From IMG/VR virus record IMGVR_UViG_3300034068_000495, positions 1-52,678 of that record: 52,678 nt of DNA. One strand, 5' to 3'. Below are positions 43,574 through 52,441 of this stretch, piece by piece. Every line of letters begins with the position of its first letter. Position 1 is the first letter of the stretch. The translations under genes and the position numbers were made by a program. Origin of the DNA: a virus (lineage: Duplodnaviria > Caudoviricetes). A model generated the notes under the pieces. The model saw nothing but the letters and a program-made list of their open reading frames with translations, had not been told where the DNA came from and made no database searches.

Positions 43574-46105
43574 TTATGGATTGGGGTTTATCCCGGTCCC
43601 TGTGCTGACCGCGATGCGTTCACCGGACATGATCTCAGCCTGTGCAAGCTGCATCGCCGTCTGGTTGTCCTGCTGGTTCATGGTCATGCGCGCGTTGAGT
43701 TCGGCCGCCTTGCGGGCGTCCTCGCGGTCCTGACGCATCGTCTCCAACTGCTGTTCGATCTGCAGCTTCTGCGCCTGCAGTTGCTGCTCGACCTGATCCT
43801 GCGCGGCCTGTGCCTGCATCTTCTGGCCCTCAAGCTGCATCTGGCCCTGCGTTTTCTGCGCGTCGGCCTGCATCTGCGCCTGATCACGCTGCGCCTGCGC
43901 CTGCAGTTTCTGCCCCTCAATGGCCGTGCGCGGATCCTGCGGCGGCTGCGGCGCGAACTGCTGCATCATCTCCATCGCCTGCGCGATGATCGGTGGCAGC
44001 GACGCGAAGATGTTGGCCGCCTCACCGACGACGCTCTGCGACGCCTCGGCCAGCATGCGGTCGAACGCGCGCCGGGCCTCGTGGTCCTTCAGCAGCTTCA
44101 TCTCCTCGCTGATGTCGACACCGGACGTCTCCTCGGCCAGATCCAACACCGTCGAGGCGTACCACAGGGCGACGTGCTCCTTGAGGTGCTGCAGGATCAC
44201 CGGCAGATACTGCGGCGCGATAAGCTGGCTGCCGCCCAGCGCCGGGCTGGTCATGTACGCCAAGTGCGTCTTGAGGTGCGCGATGTGGTCCTGCTCCGGG
44301 AACGCCACGACGGGCTTGCCCATGGTGGCCGTGACGTTCTCGTTGACCGCGTTCTGCTGCTTCGGCTCCAGCGGTGGTACAAGCAGCTCCTTGTAGTTCG
44401 GCACGCGGAGCGTCTCAAGCAGCCGCTCCTCGACCTTGCGCGCGTTGTACAGTTGCGGCACGGCGGCGGCGCGGGTCGACACGGCCTGCACCTGCGCGAA
44501 GCGTTGCGCCTCGCTGAAGATGGTCGGGTCGCTGACCGGCACCACGTCCTTGGGGCCTTGGAAATCGGCGCGCGTCGCCAGTTCCTCGCCGACCTCACGC
44601 TCGGTGTCGTCGTCGTCTAGGTACATGCCGTTGAGGCGGTGCAGGATGTCCAGCGTCTGCGCCATGGCGTTGTGCAGGCGGCCGTGGATGGCCGAGAAAA
44701 CGGTCATGCCCTCTTGGATCAGTGCCAGCGTCGTGCCGACAGGCGCGTTGGGGTTCTGGTCGGCGAGGTTGTCCATCGACGTGCGGACGACGCCCTTGCC
44801 GGCGTCGACCACGAAGCCCAGCAACTGGAACAGCGTCGGCGACGGCGGGTTGAATGGGATCGGCATGGCGATCTTGCGCACGTCATCGATGTTGATGCCG
44901 CCCTCGATCTCCTCGACTTGCGTCGGCTGGATGTTCAGCGACTGGCCGCCGCGCGTGCCACCCTTTAGCTTGAGCATCGTCGGCACGTTCTGGATGTGCG
45001 CGCTGTCCATGAGGGCGCGCAGTGCGCCCGTCGCGGCCGCGCTCAAGCCACCGATCATGTGCGGCAGGCCGATGGGGTACGCGCCGCGCCACGGGATGAA
45101 GGGCCACTCGACGAACCAAGCCAGTGGCTCGCGGCTCTCGTCTTCTTCGTCCCAGTTGCGGTAGATCGACAACACCTTGCCGCTCGACTTGTCGACGGTC
45201 AGGATGTACGGCGCGTTGCCGTCGCCCTCGACGTCGGCCACGGCGTGGATCTCGAACACGGTGCGCAGGCCGTCCTCGTTGTAGCTGGTGTCGCTGCGCC
45301 CCTCGATCTTGTCATTGGCCACGTCGACGATTGACCGCTCCGGCTCCATGCTCGGCGGCGTCAGCTCGACGTCGCGGTACATGCCGGATTTTACACGTTG
45401 TTCGTAGTCGAGCTGCGTCAGATACTGCACGTGCGTCTTGCGCTGCGCCGAGTTGAAATTGGTCGCGGCGAACGGCAGGTACATGTCGTCGATGGCGACA
45501 AACAGGAAATCCGGGCGGTTGCGCGCCTCGTCCCACGTGATCTTGAGGTACTGCGCACCGCCCAGTGGCACCTGCGTCAGCAACTGCTCCAGCTCGGAGC
45601 GGAACGTCTTGCTCTGCACCATGAGCTGCCAGTTTAGCATGCGCGTCTTGCGCTTGGCCTTCTGGAGCTTCTTCATGGTGACCTCACCCTCGATCAGGTC
45701 TTTGACCGGACCTTGGGGCGGGAGCAGCTCGCGGATGGCGCGCGACGCGAAGTCGATGCACGCCTCGGTCATCATCGGGTGCACGACCTTCGACGCGCCT
45801 TGGAACTGCGCGCCGCCGGGCGCGTCGTCACCGAGGCCGGTGCGGCGGATGCCCTCCTCGTACTGCTCGTCGCGCTTCTTGCGGGCTTCCTTGTCTTTGC
45901 TGATCAGGTCGAGGAAGCGCGCCGACAGCGTGCTGAGTTCGCCCTCCGGCATCTCCTCGGCGAGGTTCGCATAGAACGTACCTTCGCCCGGCGCGTCTTC
46001 CTCGCCGAGACGCACGATGGCGCCGCCGTCCTCGGTGTCCTCGACGTCGGATACCTCCTCGTCGATCTCCACGATCTCGCCTTCGGGCTGTTCGTCTTCG
46101 TCCAT
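43574..46105 (-). CDS. Portal protein
   Basis: 843 aa after terL; F.GAS.V.HP, PVGTTLAL, Gln-rich C-terminal barrel-like coil. Confidence 0.88.
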   Translation of the reverse strand: MDEDEQPEGEIVEIDEEVSDVEDTEDGGAIVRLGEEDAPGEGTFYANLAEEMPEGELSTLSARFLDLISKDKEARKKRDEQYEEGIRRTGLGDDAPGGAQFQGASKVVHPMMTEACIDFASRAIRELLPPQGPVKDLIEGEVTMKKLQKAKRKTRMLNWQLMVQSKTFRSELEQLLTQVPLGGAQYLKITWDEARNRPDFLFVAIDDMYLPFAATNFNSAQRKTHVQYLTQLDYEQRVKSGMYRDVELTPPSMEPERSIVDVANDKIEGRSDTSYNEDGLRTVFEIHAVADVEGDGNAPYILTVDKSSGKVLSIYRNWDEEDESREPLAWFVEWPFIPWRGAYPIGLPHMIGGLSAAATGALRALMDSAHIQNVPTMLKLKGGTRGGQSLNIQPTQVEEIEGGINIDDVRKIAMPIPFNPPSPTLFQLLGFVVDAGKGVVRTSMDNLADQNPNAPVGTTLALIQEGMTVFSAIHGRLHNAMAQTLDILHRLNGMYLDDDDTEREVGEELATRADFQGPKDVVPVSDPTIFSEAQRFAQVQAVSTRAAAVPQLYNARKVEERLLETLRVPNYKELLVPPLEPKQQNAVNENVTATMGKPVVAFPEQDHIAHLKTHLAYMTSPALGGSQLIAPQYLPVILQHLKEHVALWYASTVLDLAEETSGVDISEEMKLLKDHEARRAFDRMLAEASQSVVGEAANIFASLPPIIAQAMEMMQQFAPQPPQDPRTAIEGQKLQAQAQRDQAQMQADAQKTQGQMQLEGQKMQAQAAQDQVEQQLQAQKLQIEQQLETMRQDREDARKAAELNARMTMNQQDNQTAMQLAQAEIMSGERIAVSTGTGINPNP

Positions 46106-46116
46106 GGCTCAGTCCT

Positions 46117-47580
46117 TCAAACGGCGTATGGGTTCTGGAGGATCTTCGGTGGCGGCCTGTCGACATCCACTTTCTTGGTTTCTTTTACCACCGACACCAG
46201 TCTCTTGTCGATGCACAGCCGCACGCACTGCGTCATGGCGTCGACGTAGTCGTCGTGCTTGATGCTGTTGGGGCCGGTGAACGCGCAGAGCTGGGCCAGC
46301 ATCGGGTCGACCCACGTGCGCGGCCGGCCGGGGAACTTGTCGCTCTCGGGCAGCCAGACGCGCTTGCGGGCGAATATGTGGCTGACCATGTGCAGGCGGG
46401 CGAGCTTGTCCGCGCGGCCGGGGTTGTAGGCGTAGGCCTCGATGCCCTCGCGCTCCAGCATCTGGCGCAGGCTGATGCCCGAGCCCTTGTCCTCGATCAG
46501 ACACAGGTCCGGCTTGCGGCCCGACGTGATCGGCTTGGCACCGCCGAACATCGGCTTGATCAGGGCCACGTCTTGATCGTCACCGTAGCTGACGTTCAGC
46601 TCCTTCTTCACGCGCCTGATCAGGTCGGGCATGCCTATCTGCTCGGACCAACAGTCAAGCAGGATGAGCTGGCTCAGGCCGTCCTTGTCGTGGAAGCTGC
46701 CGATCACGACGCACGCCGTGCTGTCCGCGTCGCCCTTCTTCTTGTCGTAGGTCGCCTCGGTGAAGGCGGTGTCGAGCGACAGGATGATGTAGTCGAGGGT
46801 GGGCAGCGGCTTCTTGGCGGGCCAGAGCCGGAAGTCCGACCGCTTGACGATACCACCCTCCTCACTGGAAATCAGCTCACCGTACAGCTCTTGACGGCCA
46901 AGGAGCGTACCCTCGTATTGCTCGATCTGCTTGAAGAAGCTGTCGGGCAGGTTCGCCTTGTTGTCGAACGTCGAGCCGCGCACGATGATGCGCCCCTCTT
47001 GCGGCCCGCTGAGCTTGCGGATCAGGTCCTTCGGCTTAGGCGTCGTCGTCCACAGCACCTGCGGTTTGGCGCCAAGCCGCAGCCCAAGCATCAGCATGTC
47101 CCACGTCTCCGCGTCGTACTGCCACGCGGCCAGCTCGTCTCCCCAAGCACGTGTGTGCTGGGGCCCCCGCAAACGCTCAGGCTTTTCCGCAGTGAAGCCA
47201 CGGATCGTGGACACGCCGCCGGCGACGTTCTTGAGCTTGATGAACATGCCCGACTTGTTGTGCTCAATGAGCAGCTCGGGCGGCAGGACGGACAAAATTC
47301 CGCTCTCGCCCTCCATGCACGTTATGACTATGTCGCCGTAGGTGGGTGCTATGACGCAACTGTCGAAGCCCGACGGATCTTCGAACGCGGCGCGCGTGAT
47401 CCACTCGGCGCCCACTCTGGTCTTGCCGAAGCCTCTGCCGGCGAGGTAGCCACATTCGGTCCAGTCGCTCTTCTGGACGATCTGGTTCGGCCGCGCGGTC
47501 TCACGCCACCGGCGCTGCCAGTCGAGGTGTACACGCTGCTCGGGACTGAGCTGCGCCAACAGGGCGGCCGTGTTGGTCAC
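46117..47580 (-). CDS. terL: Terminase large subunit
   Basis: AGRGFGKTR, PERLRGPQ..WGDELAAW, TTTP, SLDTA, IEDKGSG, HDDYVDA. Confidence 0.95.
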   Translation of the reverse strand: MTNTAALLAQLSPEQRVHLDWQRRWRETARPNQIVQKSDWTECGYLAGRGFGKTRVGAEWITRAAFEDPSGFDSCVIAPTYGDIVITCMEGESGILSVLPPELLIEHNKSGMFIKLKNVAGGVSTIRGFTAEKPERLRGPQHTRAWGDELAAWQYDAETWDMLMLGLRLGAKPQVLWTTTPKPKDLIRKLSGPQEGRIIVRGSTFDNKANLPDSFFKQIEQYEGTLLGRQELYGELISSEEGGIVKRSDFRLWPAKKPLPTLDYIILSLDTAFTEATYDKKKGDADSTACVVIGSFHDKDGLSQLILLDCWSEQIGMPDLIRRVKKELNVSYGDDQDVALIKPMFGGAKPITSGRKPDLCLIEDKGSGISLRQMLEREGIEAYAYNPGRADKLARLHMVSHIFARKRVWLPESDKFPGRPRTWVDPMLAQLCAFTGPNSIKHDDYVDAMTQCVRLCIDKRLVSVVKETKKVDVDRPPPKILQNPYAV

Positions 47581-47771
47581 AGGGTCCGATACAAGTTGAG
47601 CGCGTCGCGAAGCTGCGCGTTCATCTCACGCATCTTGTCGTACCGGTCCGCCAGCAGGTCGCAGCGATGGCTCACGCTCGCTACGGTGCGCTCGGCGATT
47701 GCAGCGTCTGCCTCAAGTTGCGCGTTGCGCTGCTCGAGCTCGGCGATGCGTCGCCACGGGTTCCAGATCAC
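47577..47771 (-). CDS. Small coiled-coil protein
   Basis: GTGA overlaps on both sides between terS and terL. Confidence 0.65.
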   Translation of the reverse strand: MIWNPWRRIAELEQRNAQLEADAAIAERTVASVSHRCDLLADRYDKMREMNAQLRDALNLYRTL

Positions 47772-48223
47772 TTGCCGTCCCTCGCACGCAACGCCTCAGA
47801 CAACGCGAGGGTGAGCGCGACGTTGTCGACGTTGCTGTCGATCTTGAGCGTCTCGCCCTCCTTGTTGCCGACGTCGACAGTCTGCTTGGGGCTGTATTTC
47901 TTAGGGTTCCAGCAGGCCAGCAGCTTCAGCCGCGTCTCGACCTGCGCACGCTTCCACTGCACGTGGCCCGGGTCGATCTTCCCGTCGACGCGCGCCGGCT
48001 CTGCATCGATCAGGGCGAGGGCATGATCCGCGATGGCGTCACCGCCAACCTCGCGCGCGGTCGCGTACGCGACTGCCAGCGCTTCGTCCGCCGCTACCCA
48101 CTTGCCCCAGTTGACCGGGTGAAACCCCAACTCACGGCCGAGCGCAGCCAACGTCTCACCCAGAGCGAGGCGCTCAAGGACTTCCGCTTCAAGTTTGGGG
48201 GTGCGCTTTGTCGGCGTGGGCAT
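47768..48223 (-). CDS. terS: Terminase small subunit
   Basis: N-terminal HTH (LALGETL..), Y..ARE.G.D, R.QVETR.KLL..WNPKKY; upstream of terL. Confidence 0.85.
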   Translation of the reverse strand: MPTPTKRTPKLEAEVLERLALGETLAALGRELGFHPVNWGKWVAADEALAVAYATAREVGGDAIADHALALIDAEPARVDGKIDPGHVQWKRAQVETRLKLLACWNPKKYSPKQTVDVGNKEGETLKIDSNVDNVALTLALSEALRARDGK

Positions 48224-48309
48224 ACTCTGCGTGCTCCGCTAAGTGGCAGGACTACCAGACCCCCTAGATACGCTCGATCACCGCGCACCGCAACCCCAGC
48301 CTTTCCACG

Positions 48310-48625
48310 GGTGCAACGCAACGCACCACGGGAGCCTAAAAGTTTCAGCGCCACCCCCTGCAACGCAACGCGAAATCGCTGCAACGTGCAACGCGAGGGG
48401 GGCATAGACTACGTCTATAGCCCTCTCCCTGCGTTGCAAGTAGCATTGCACCGCGCAACATCTGCTGCAACGTTGCCTCGCGTTGCACGTTGCAAACCCT
48501 AAAAATACCCAACATTTTCATATCATTAGCGATTTTTTACTCGTGTTGCAAAGCACCTTTTGCACCGCTCAAACCCGGCCCAAATGCAACGCGAGACCCT
48601 CGCGTTGCACGCGTTGCAGCAACAC
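48310..48625. repeat. Array of TGCAAC/GTTGCA repeats with hairpins and an AT-rich tract (origin or packaging region candidate)
   Basis: About 15-20 GCAAC/GTTGC-type units by eye; inverted repeats 48387-48438 and 48585-48609. Confidence 0.75.
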
Positions 48626-48708
48626 GTAAAAAACTGCATATACCCTATTGCAACCCATGCTTGCATGTGCGAGAAGGGCTCATCAGCAACACAGGAGACA
48701 CCGACATG
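48626..48708 (+). promoter_or_regulatory. Conserved phage promoter-leader element, copy 3
   Basis: GTAAAAAACTGCA..TTGCAA(48648)-N7-TTGCATGTGCGAGAAGGGCTCATCAGCAACACAGGAGACACCGACATG. Confidence 0.85.
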
Positions 48709-49143
48709 ACGACCACCCTCACCGCCGCCCGCCCGTGGATCGCAGAGCGCACCGCCGAGATCAACGCCGCCGCCGACGCCATCACCGCCCTGAACATCGG
48801 CGACGGTGTCAGCGTCTCGGTCTGGACCGACGTGGACGCCTACACCGTCGTCAAGAAGACCGCGACGACGATCACGCTCCGCGCCGACACCGCCACGCTC
48901 CTCAACCGCGACGAGCTGCGCTTCATCCCCGGCGGCTTCGCTGCCCACTGCGACAACCAAGCCGACCAGCGTTACTCGTACGCGGCCAACCCCAACGGCC
49001 GCGAGATCAAGATCAGCCTGCGCCGCTGGGCCGACGAGGACGGCGCCGAGCGCCGCAAGTGGAAGAGCGCCGGCACCAAGACCTTCGAGCAGGGCGGCAA
49101 CGCCTACGCCGGCCGCCGCGCCTTCCACGACTTCAACTTCTGA
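48706..49143 (+). CDS. Early hypothetical protein (145 aa)
   Basis: ATG after conserved leader; F.PGGFAAHC.NQ..Q.Y.Y..NPNG..DFNF; strong codon bias. Confidence 0.8.
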   Translation: MTTTLTAARPWIAERTAEINAAADAITALNIGDGVSVSVWTDVDAYTVVKKTATTITLRADTATLLNRDELRFIPGGFAAHCDNQADQRYSYAANPNGREIKISLRRWADEDGAERRKWKSAGTKTFEQGGNAYAGRRAFHDFNF

Positions 49144-49201
49144 CACCGCCAACCCGGGGGCACACCACCCCCGGGCCAACCCCCACACAGGAGACACCAC
49201 C

Positions 49202-49435
49202 ATGCGCTTCGGAGACATCACCATCAACAGCGACCGCTTCGGCACCACGCTCACGCACCACGCCGAGCGCCGCAGCCTCTACTTCCAGCCGGGAGACGAG
49301 GCGGGCGACCTGCACGACGCGCTGGAGGCCACTGAGGCCGCGCTGGAGGCCAGCGGCGTCACCTACACCTACGCCGACGTCCTCGCGGCCGTGTGGGACG
49401 ACTACAGGGACGCAGGACAGGAGGTTGAGGCATGA
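49202..49435 (+). CDS. Early hypothetical protein (77 aa)
   Basis: Leader ACAGGAGACACCACCATG. Confidence 0.75.
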   Translation: MRFGDITINSDRFGTTLTHHAERRSLYFQPGDEAGDLHDALEATEAALEASGVTYTYADVLAAVWDDYRDAGQEVEA

Positions 49436-49980
49436 GCGACTACCGCATCAAGATCTCGATCAGCAACGGCCGCATCCTCCGGCTGATGGACGATGCGGGC
49501 ATCGAGACGCAGACCGAGTTGGCCCGCCGCGCGGGCATGGGGGTGGTAGCCGTCAACGCCATCGTCAAGATGCGCGACCTGCCGAAGCTGCAGAACGGCG
49601 ACTGGCGTGACGCGGTGCAGCGCATCGCGGCAGTGCTAGGCGTGGCCCCCGAGGAGATGTTCACCGACACGCAGGCCAACGGCACCCTCGAAAAGAGCAC
49701 CTTCGAGACCGGCCTGACCGAGGCGCAGATGGGCAGCCTGTGTGGCCCCGACGCCGTCACGCAGCTCGAGGAACAGGACATGGTGGCCCACCTCATGATG
49801 GAACTGCCAGACCGCGAACGGCGTGTGATCACGGCGCGCATGGAGGGCGACACGCTTGCGGAGGTCGGGCTGAAGATAGGCACCCAAGCGGAGCGCGTGC
49901 GCCAGCTCGAGGCGAGGGCGATCCGCCACATGCGGAGGCAGGCGCACCGCCTCAACATCCGCGCCGATGACGCTTTCTAG
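49432..49980 (+). CDS. XRE-type HTH fused to sigma70 region-4-like domain
   Basis: TQTELARRAGMG..RIAAVLGV.PEEMF; LPDRERRVI..TLAEVG..G...ERVRQLEARAIRHMR. Confidence 0.8.
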   Translation: MSDYRIKISISNGRILRLMDDAGIETQTELARRAGMGVVAVNAIVKMRDLPKLQNGDWRDAVQRIAAVLGVAPEEMFTDTQANGTLEKSTFETGLTEAQMGSLCGPDAVTQLEEQDMVAHLMMELPDRERRVITARMEGDTLAEVGLKIGTQAERVRQLEARAIRHMRRQAHRLNIRADDAF

Positions 49981-50007
49981 GCAATTACGCCAACAGGAGA
50001 CACCGAC

Positions 50008-50424
50008 ATGATCAGCAAGAAGATAACCACCCTCGTGGAGCAGGCGACCGACGACCGGGTGCTGTACCACCTGCGCCGCGCCCTCAGCGCCGCCCTCCAG
50101 TCGGAGGAGGTGAAGCCGATACCGACCAACATCGAGCTGGCAGACCGCAACTGGTCCATCTGGCGCGACCACTATGTCAACAACGTCAACAAGGCTGATC
50201 TGGCCCGGCAGCACGACATCACGAAGAGCCGCATAACTGGCATACTGGGCAAACAGATGCGCCGCGTCGTGTACGTGATAGGCTGGGATCGCGGGCACTA
50301 TGGCAGGCCGATGCGAGAGGCACTGCTGGGCGTCGAGGTCGTCTGGCGGGCGGGCGAGCCTGACTATTTGCGCATGCCAGACGGCCGCGAGGTCCTGTTC
50401 AACGGCATGCCCTACGACCGATAA
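50008..50424 (+). CDS. HTH DNA-binding protein
   Basis: RNWSIW..NKADLARQHDITKSRITGIL; leader ACAGGAGACACCGACATG. Confidence 0.7.
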   Translation: MISKKITTLVEQATDDRVLYHLRRALSAALQSEEVKPIPTNIELADRNWSIWRDHYVNNVNKADLARQHDITKSRITGILGKQMRRVVYVIGWDRGHYGRPMREALLGVEVVWRAGEPDYLRMPDGREVLFNGMPYDR

Positions 50425-50431
50425 ATTAGCT

Positions 50432-50493
50432 GTTGCAACCTGTGATTGCATGTGCGAGAAAGGCTCATCAGCAACCAAGGAGACACCGACATG
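50432..50493 (+). promoter_or_regulatory. Conserved phage promoter-leader element, copy 4
   Basis: TTGCAA(50433)-N7-TTGCATGTGCGAGAAAGGCTCATCAGCAACCAAGGAGACACCGACATG. Confidence 0.85.
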
Positions 50494-50715
50494 ACGATCA
50501 TATCGAACCCGGCCTACCTCGCCGCCGTAGACCAAGCCATGGATGTACGCGAGGCGGCGTTTGATGCGGCCAATGAGACCTACGCCGCCGATTGGCAGAG
50601 CAATCGAAGCGCCGCCATAAAGGCTCGCGTTGCCGCCTATAAGGTAGCTGACAAAACATTCGCAGCGGCCTGCGCCGCAGCCGCCGAAGCGGTTTTCTCC
50701 GCAGCCGCGAAGTAA
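50491..50715 (+). CDS. Ala-rich early protein (74 aa)
   Basis: ATG after conserved leader. Confidence 0.7.
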   Translation: MTIISNPAYLAAVDQAMDVREAAFDAANETYAADWQSNRSAAIKARVAAYKVADKTFAAACAAAAEAVFSAAAK

Positions 50716-50729
50716 GGGACACCAACACC

Positions 50730-50996
50730 ATGACGATCACGCCCACCCTCAACGTCAACGGCACCAGCGCCGCCGACCTCATCGACCCGCGCCGCGCCGC
50801 CTTCGACCACCTGACCAAGGCCATCGACAGCCTGCGGCAGGTCACGCCGAACGGCCGCGACTATCCCGGCAACGCCGAGCGCTGCGACGCAGACCGGCGC
50901 GAGCACTTCGACCGCATCCTGACGCTCAACGCGCTCCGCGAGCAGATTTACGCCGAGGCCGTCGCCATCAACCGCAACAAGGGAGACGCAGCATGA
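50730..50996 (+). CDS. Early hypothetical protein (88 aa)
   Basis: PTLNVNGTS..L..PNGRDY; typical codon bias. Confidence 0.75.
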   Translation: MTITPTLNVNGTSAADLIDPRRAAFDHLTKAIDSLRQVTPNGRDYPGNAERCDADRREHFDRILTLNALREQIYAEAVAINRNKGDAA

Positions 50997-51238
50997 CCTT
51001 CACCTACCAGAGGCCATTCGGCCCGGGCATGACCCCGGCCAAGCGCGACCGCCAGAACATCCACGACGACATCTTGCAGCTCCAGCAGAAGGTGGCTCGC
51101 GACCTTGCCGAAGTGGAAGCTGCCCCAGATCGGTGGAACACCAGCAAGCTCGTGGCGCGCCGCAAGACCCTCGCAGATGCCGAGGCCCGCTTCGCCCGCT
51201 GCGAGGCCCGCATAGCCGCCGAGGGGGTCGCGGCATGA
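50993..51238 (+). CDS. Early hypothetical coiled-coil protein
   Basis: GGAG plus ATGA overlap. Confidence 0.7.
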   Translation: MTFTYQRPFGPGMTPAKRDRQNIHDDILQLQQKVARDLAEVEAAPDRWNTSKLVARRKTLADAEARFARCEARIAAEGVAA

Positions 51239-51375
51239 CCCACCACACCCTCACAGAGCTGCTGGTGCGCCAGCAGCGCCGGCAGCGCATAGCACAGCGG
51301 CTGGCCGGCATGATGGCCTGCGCGTGGCTCCTGCTGACCGCCACGATGATCGCTGGATGGATGCTGACATGGTAG
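51235..51375 (+). CDS. Small membrane protein (46 aa)
   Basis: ATGA overlap; C-terminal hydrophobic helix. Confidence 0.6.
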   Translation: MTHHTLTELLVRQQRRQRIAQRLAGMMACAWLLLTATMIAGWMLTW

Positions 51376-51488
51376 ACCCCGAGCGCCCCGGCAAGCGCCA
51401 CCTGAGCTATCGGCAGTCCATCGTCGTTATCGTGCTGGCTATCATCGTTGCGCTGGCACCGTGGCTATCCACCATCCCGTATAGATAG
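51369..51488 (+). CDS. Small membrane protein (39 aa)
   Basis: MVDPERPGKRHLSYRQSIVVIVLAIIVALAPWLSTIPYR fills the gap. Confidence 0.5.
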   Translation: MVDPERPGKRHLSYRQSIVVIVLAIIVALAPWLSTIPYR

Positions 51489-51499
51489 GAGACTGACCT

Positions 51500-51730
51500 A
51501 TGACTGAGATTGAGAGACTGAAAGTTGCACGGGATGCCGCCAGCGCTGCCGCCGACGCCGCCCGAAACGCCGCCCTTGACGTTGCTTACGCCGCTTTCGA
51601 CGCCGCAGCCATCGCCGCCGACGCCGCATACGACGCCGCCCGAGACGCTTTCGACGCCGCCGTAGACGCCGCCAATGCCGACCGGGGCGCTGCCGCCTAC
51701 GCCGCCCGCGCCGCTTTGGTGACGCCATGA
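51500..51730 (+). CDS. Ala/Asp repeat protein
   Basis: AGGAGA RBS; DAA[YFR] repeats. Confidence 0.65.
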   Translation: MTEIERLKVARDAASAAADAARNAALDVAYAAFDAAAIAADAAYDAARDAFDAAVDAANADRGAAAYAARAALVTP

Positions 51731-51936
51731 GCCGCGACTTGCGCGAGGAGGTGGCGTATGCCGTCCGCAGGAAAGCGAGCCTTTACATAAGCACGCTAGA
51801 AGGCGAGCAGATTGCAGACGCCATCCTCCCCATCATCGCTCGCGAGGTCGAAGCCGCCCTTGACGCCGTCGCCGCCTACAGCGCCGCCTATCGCGCCGCC
51901 GCTCTCGCAGCGCAAGAACAGGAGACTGACCAATGA
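51727..51936 (+). CDS. Early hypothetical protein (69 aa)
   Basis: ATGA overlaps at both ends. Confidence 0.65.
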   Translation: MSRDLREEVAYAVRRKASLYISTLEGEQIADAILPIIAREVEAALDAVAAYSAAYRAAALAAQEQETDQ

Positions 51937-52214
51937 CTGAGGTAGAGAGGCTGCGAGCCGCCCACGACGCGGCTGTTGCGCGGGCTGAGGCGGCGCGAAC
52001 GGCGCTGCTGGCGACAGGTGATGCGTTGGCAGCGGCGACCAAGCGGGCAATGGAAGCCCGCGCAGAAGGCGAGCGCAGGGCAACGGCTGCGATTGTGGCG
52101 GACTTGCGGGCGATGAGTGCGCTTTATAGCACCGGGCTACCGAGCGCCTTAGCGGCCCGCTACGAAACTGGCGAACACCTCGCAGCGCAAGAGAAGGAAA
52201 CCCCCAATGAGTAA
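51933..52214 (+). CDS. Early Ala-rich protein (93 aa)
   Basis: AGGAGA RBS; MTEVERL start. Confidence 0.65.
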   Translation: MTEVERLRAAHDAAVARAEAARTALLATGDALAAATKRAMEARAEGERRATAAIVADLRAMSALYSTGLPSALAARYETGEHLAAQEKETPNE

Positions 52215-52219
52215 TACCA

Positions 52220-52441
52220 ATGGCGAAACGGATAATCGACTACGAGATCGACCCGCTATTCAGGACGCCGGGGTTGCCTCGCATCCTGCAATTGCGACAG
52301 ATCAAAGCGCAGACGTATATGACCCCCGGCGAGCGCCGGGAATTGCAGAAGCTGGAACAGACACAACAGACGATGGAGTTCCTGTTCCACCGGGGAAAGC
52401 GCCGAGCCGCAAGGCGAAACGCTACCCCAGCCGAGACATGA
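52220..52441 (+). CDS. Early hypothetical protein (73 aa)
   Basis: Co-directional ORF in dense operon. Confidence 0.6.
   Translation: MAKRIIDYEIDPLFRTPGLPRILQLRQIKAQTYMTPGERRELQKLEQTQQTMEFLFHRGKRRAARRNATPAET

Noticed and set aside
43268-47814. Long opposite-strand ORFs (e.g. 43268-44620, 46255-47814; also 5260-6222, 29133-30182)
   Set aside because: Shadow frames of strongly GC3-biased genes; no recognisable motifs
48490-48705. ORF-track extensions across the promoter elements (starts 719, 6861, 48490, 50446)
   Set aside because: They translate the conserved regulatory motif; SD-linked ATGs at 773, 6906, 48706 and 50491 are the better starts
692-50493. Repeated elements as a CRISPR-like or guide array
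   Set aside because: Copies are dispersed, each directly upstream of a gene, with no tandem repeat-spacer structure
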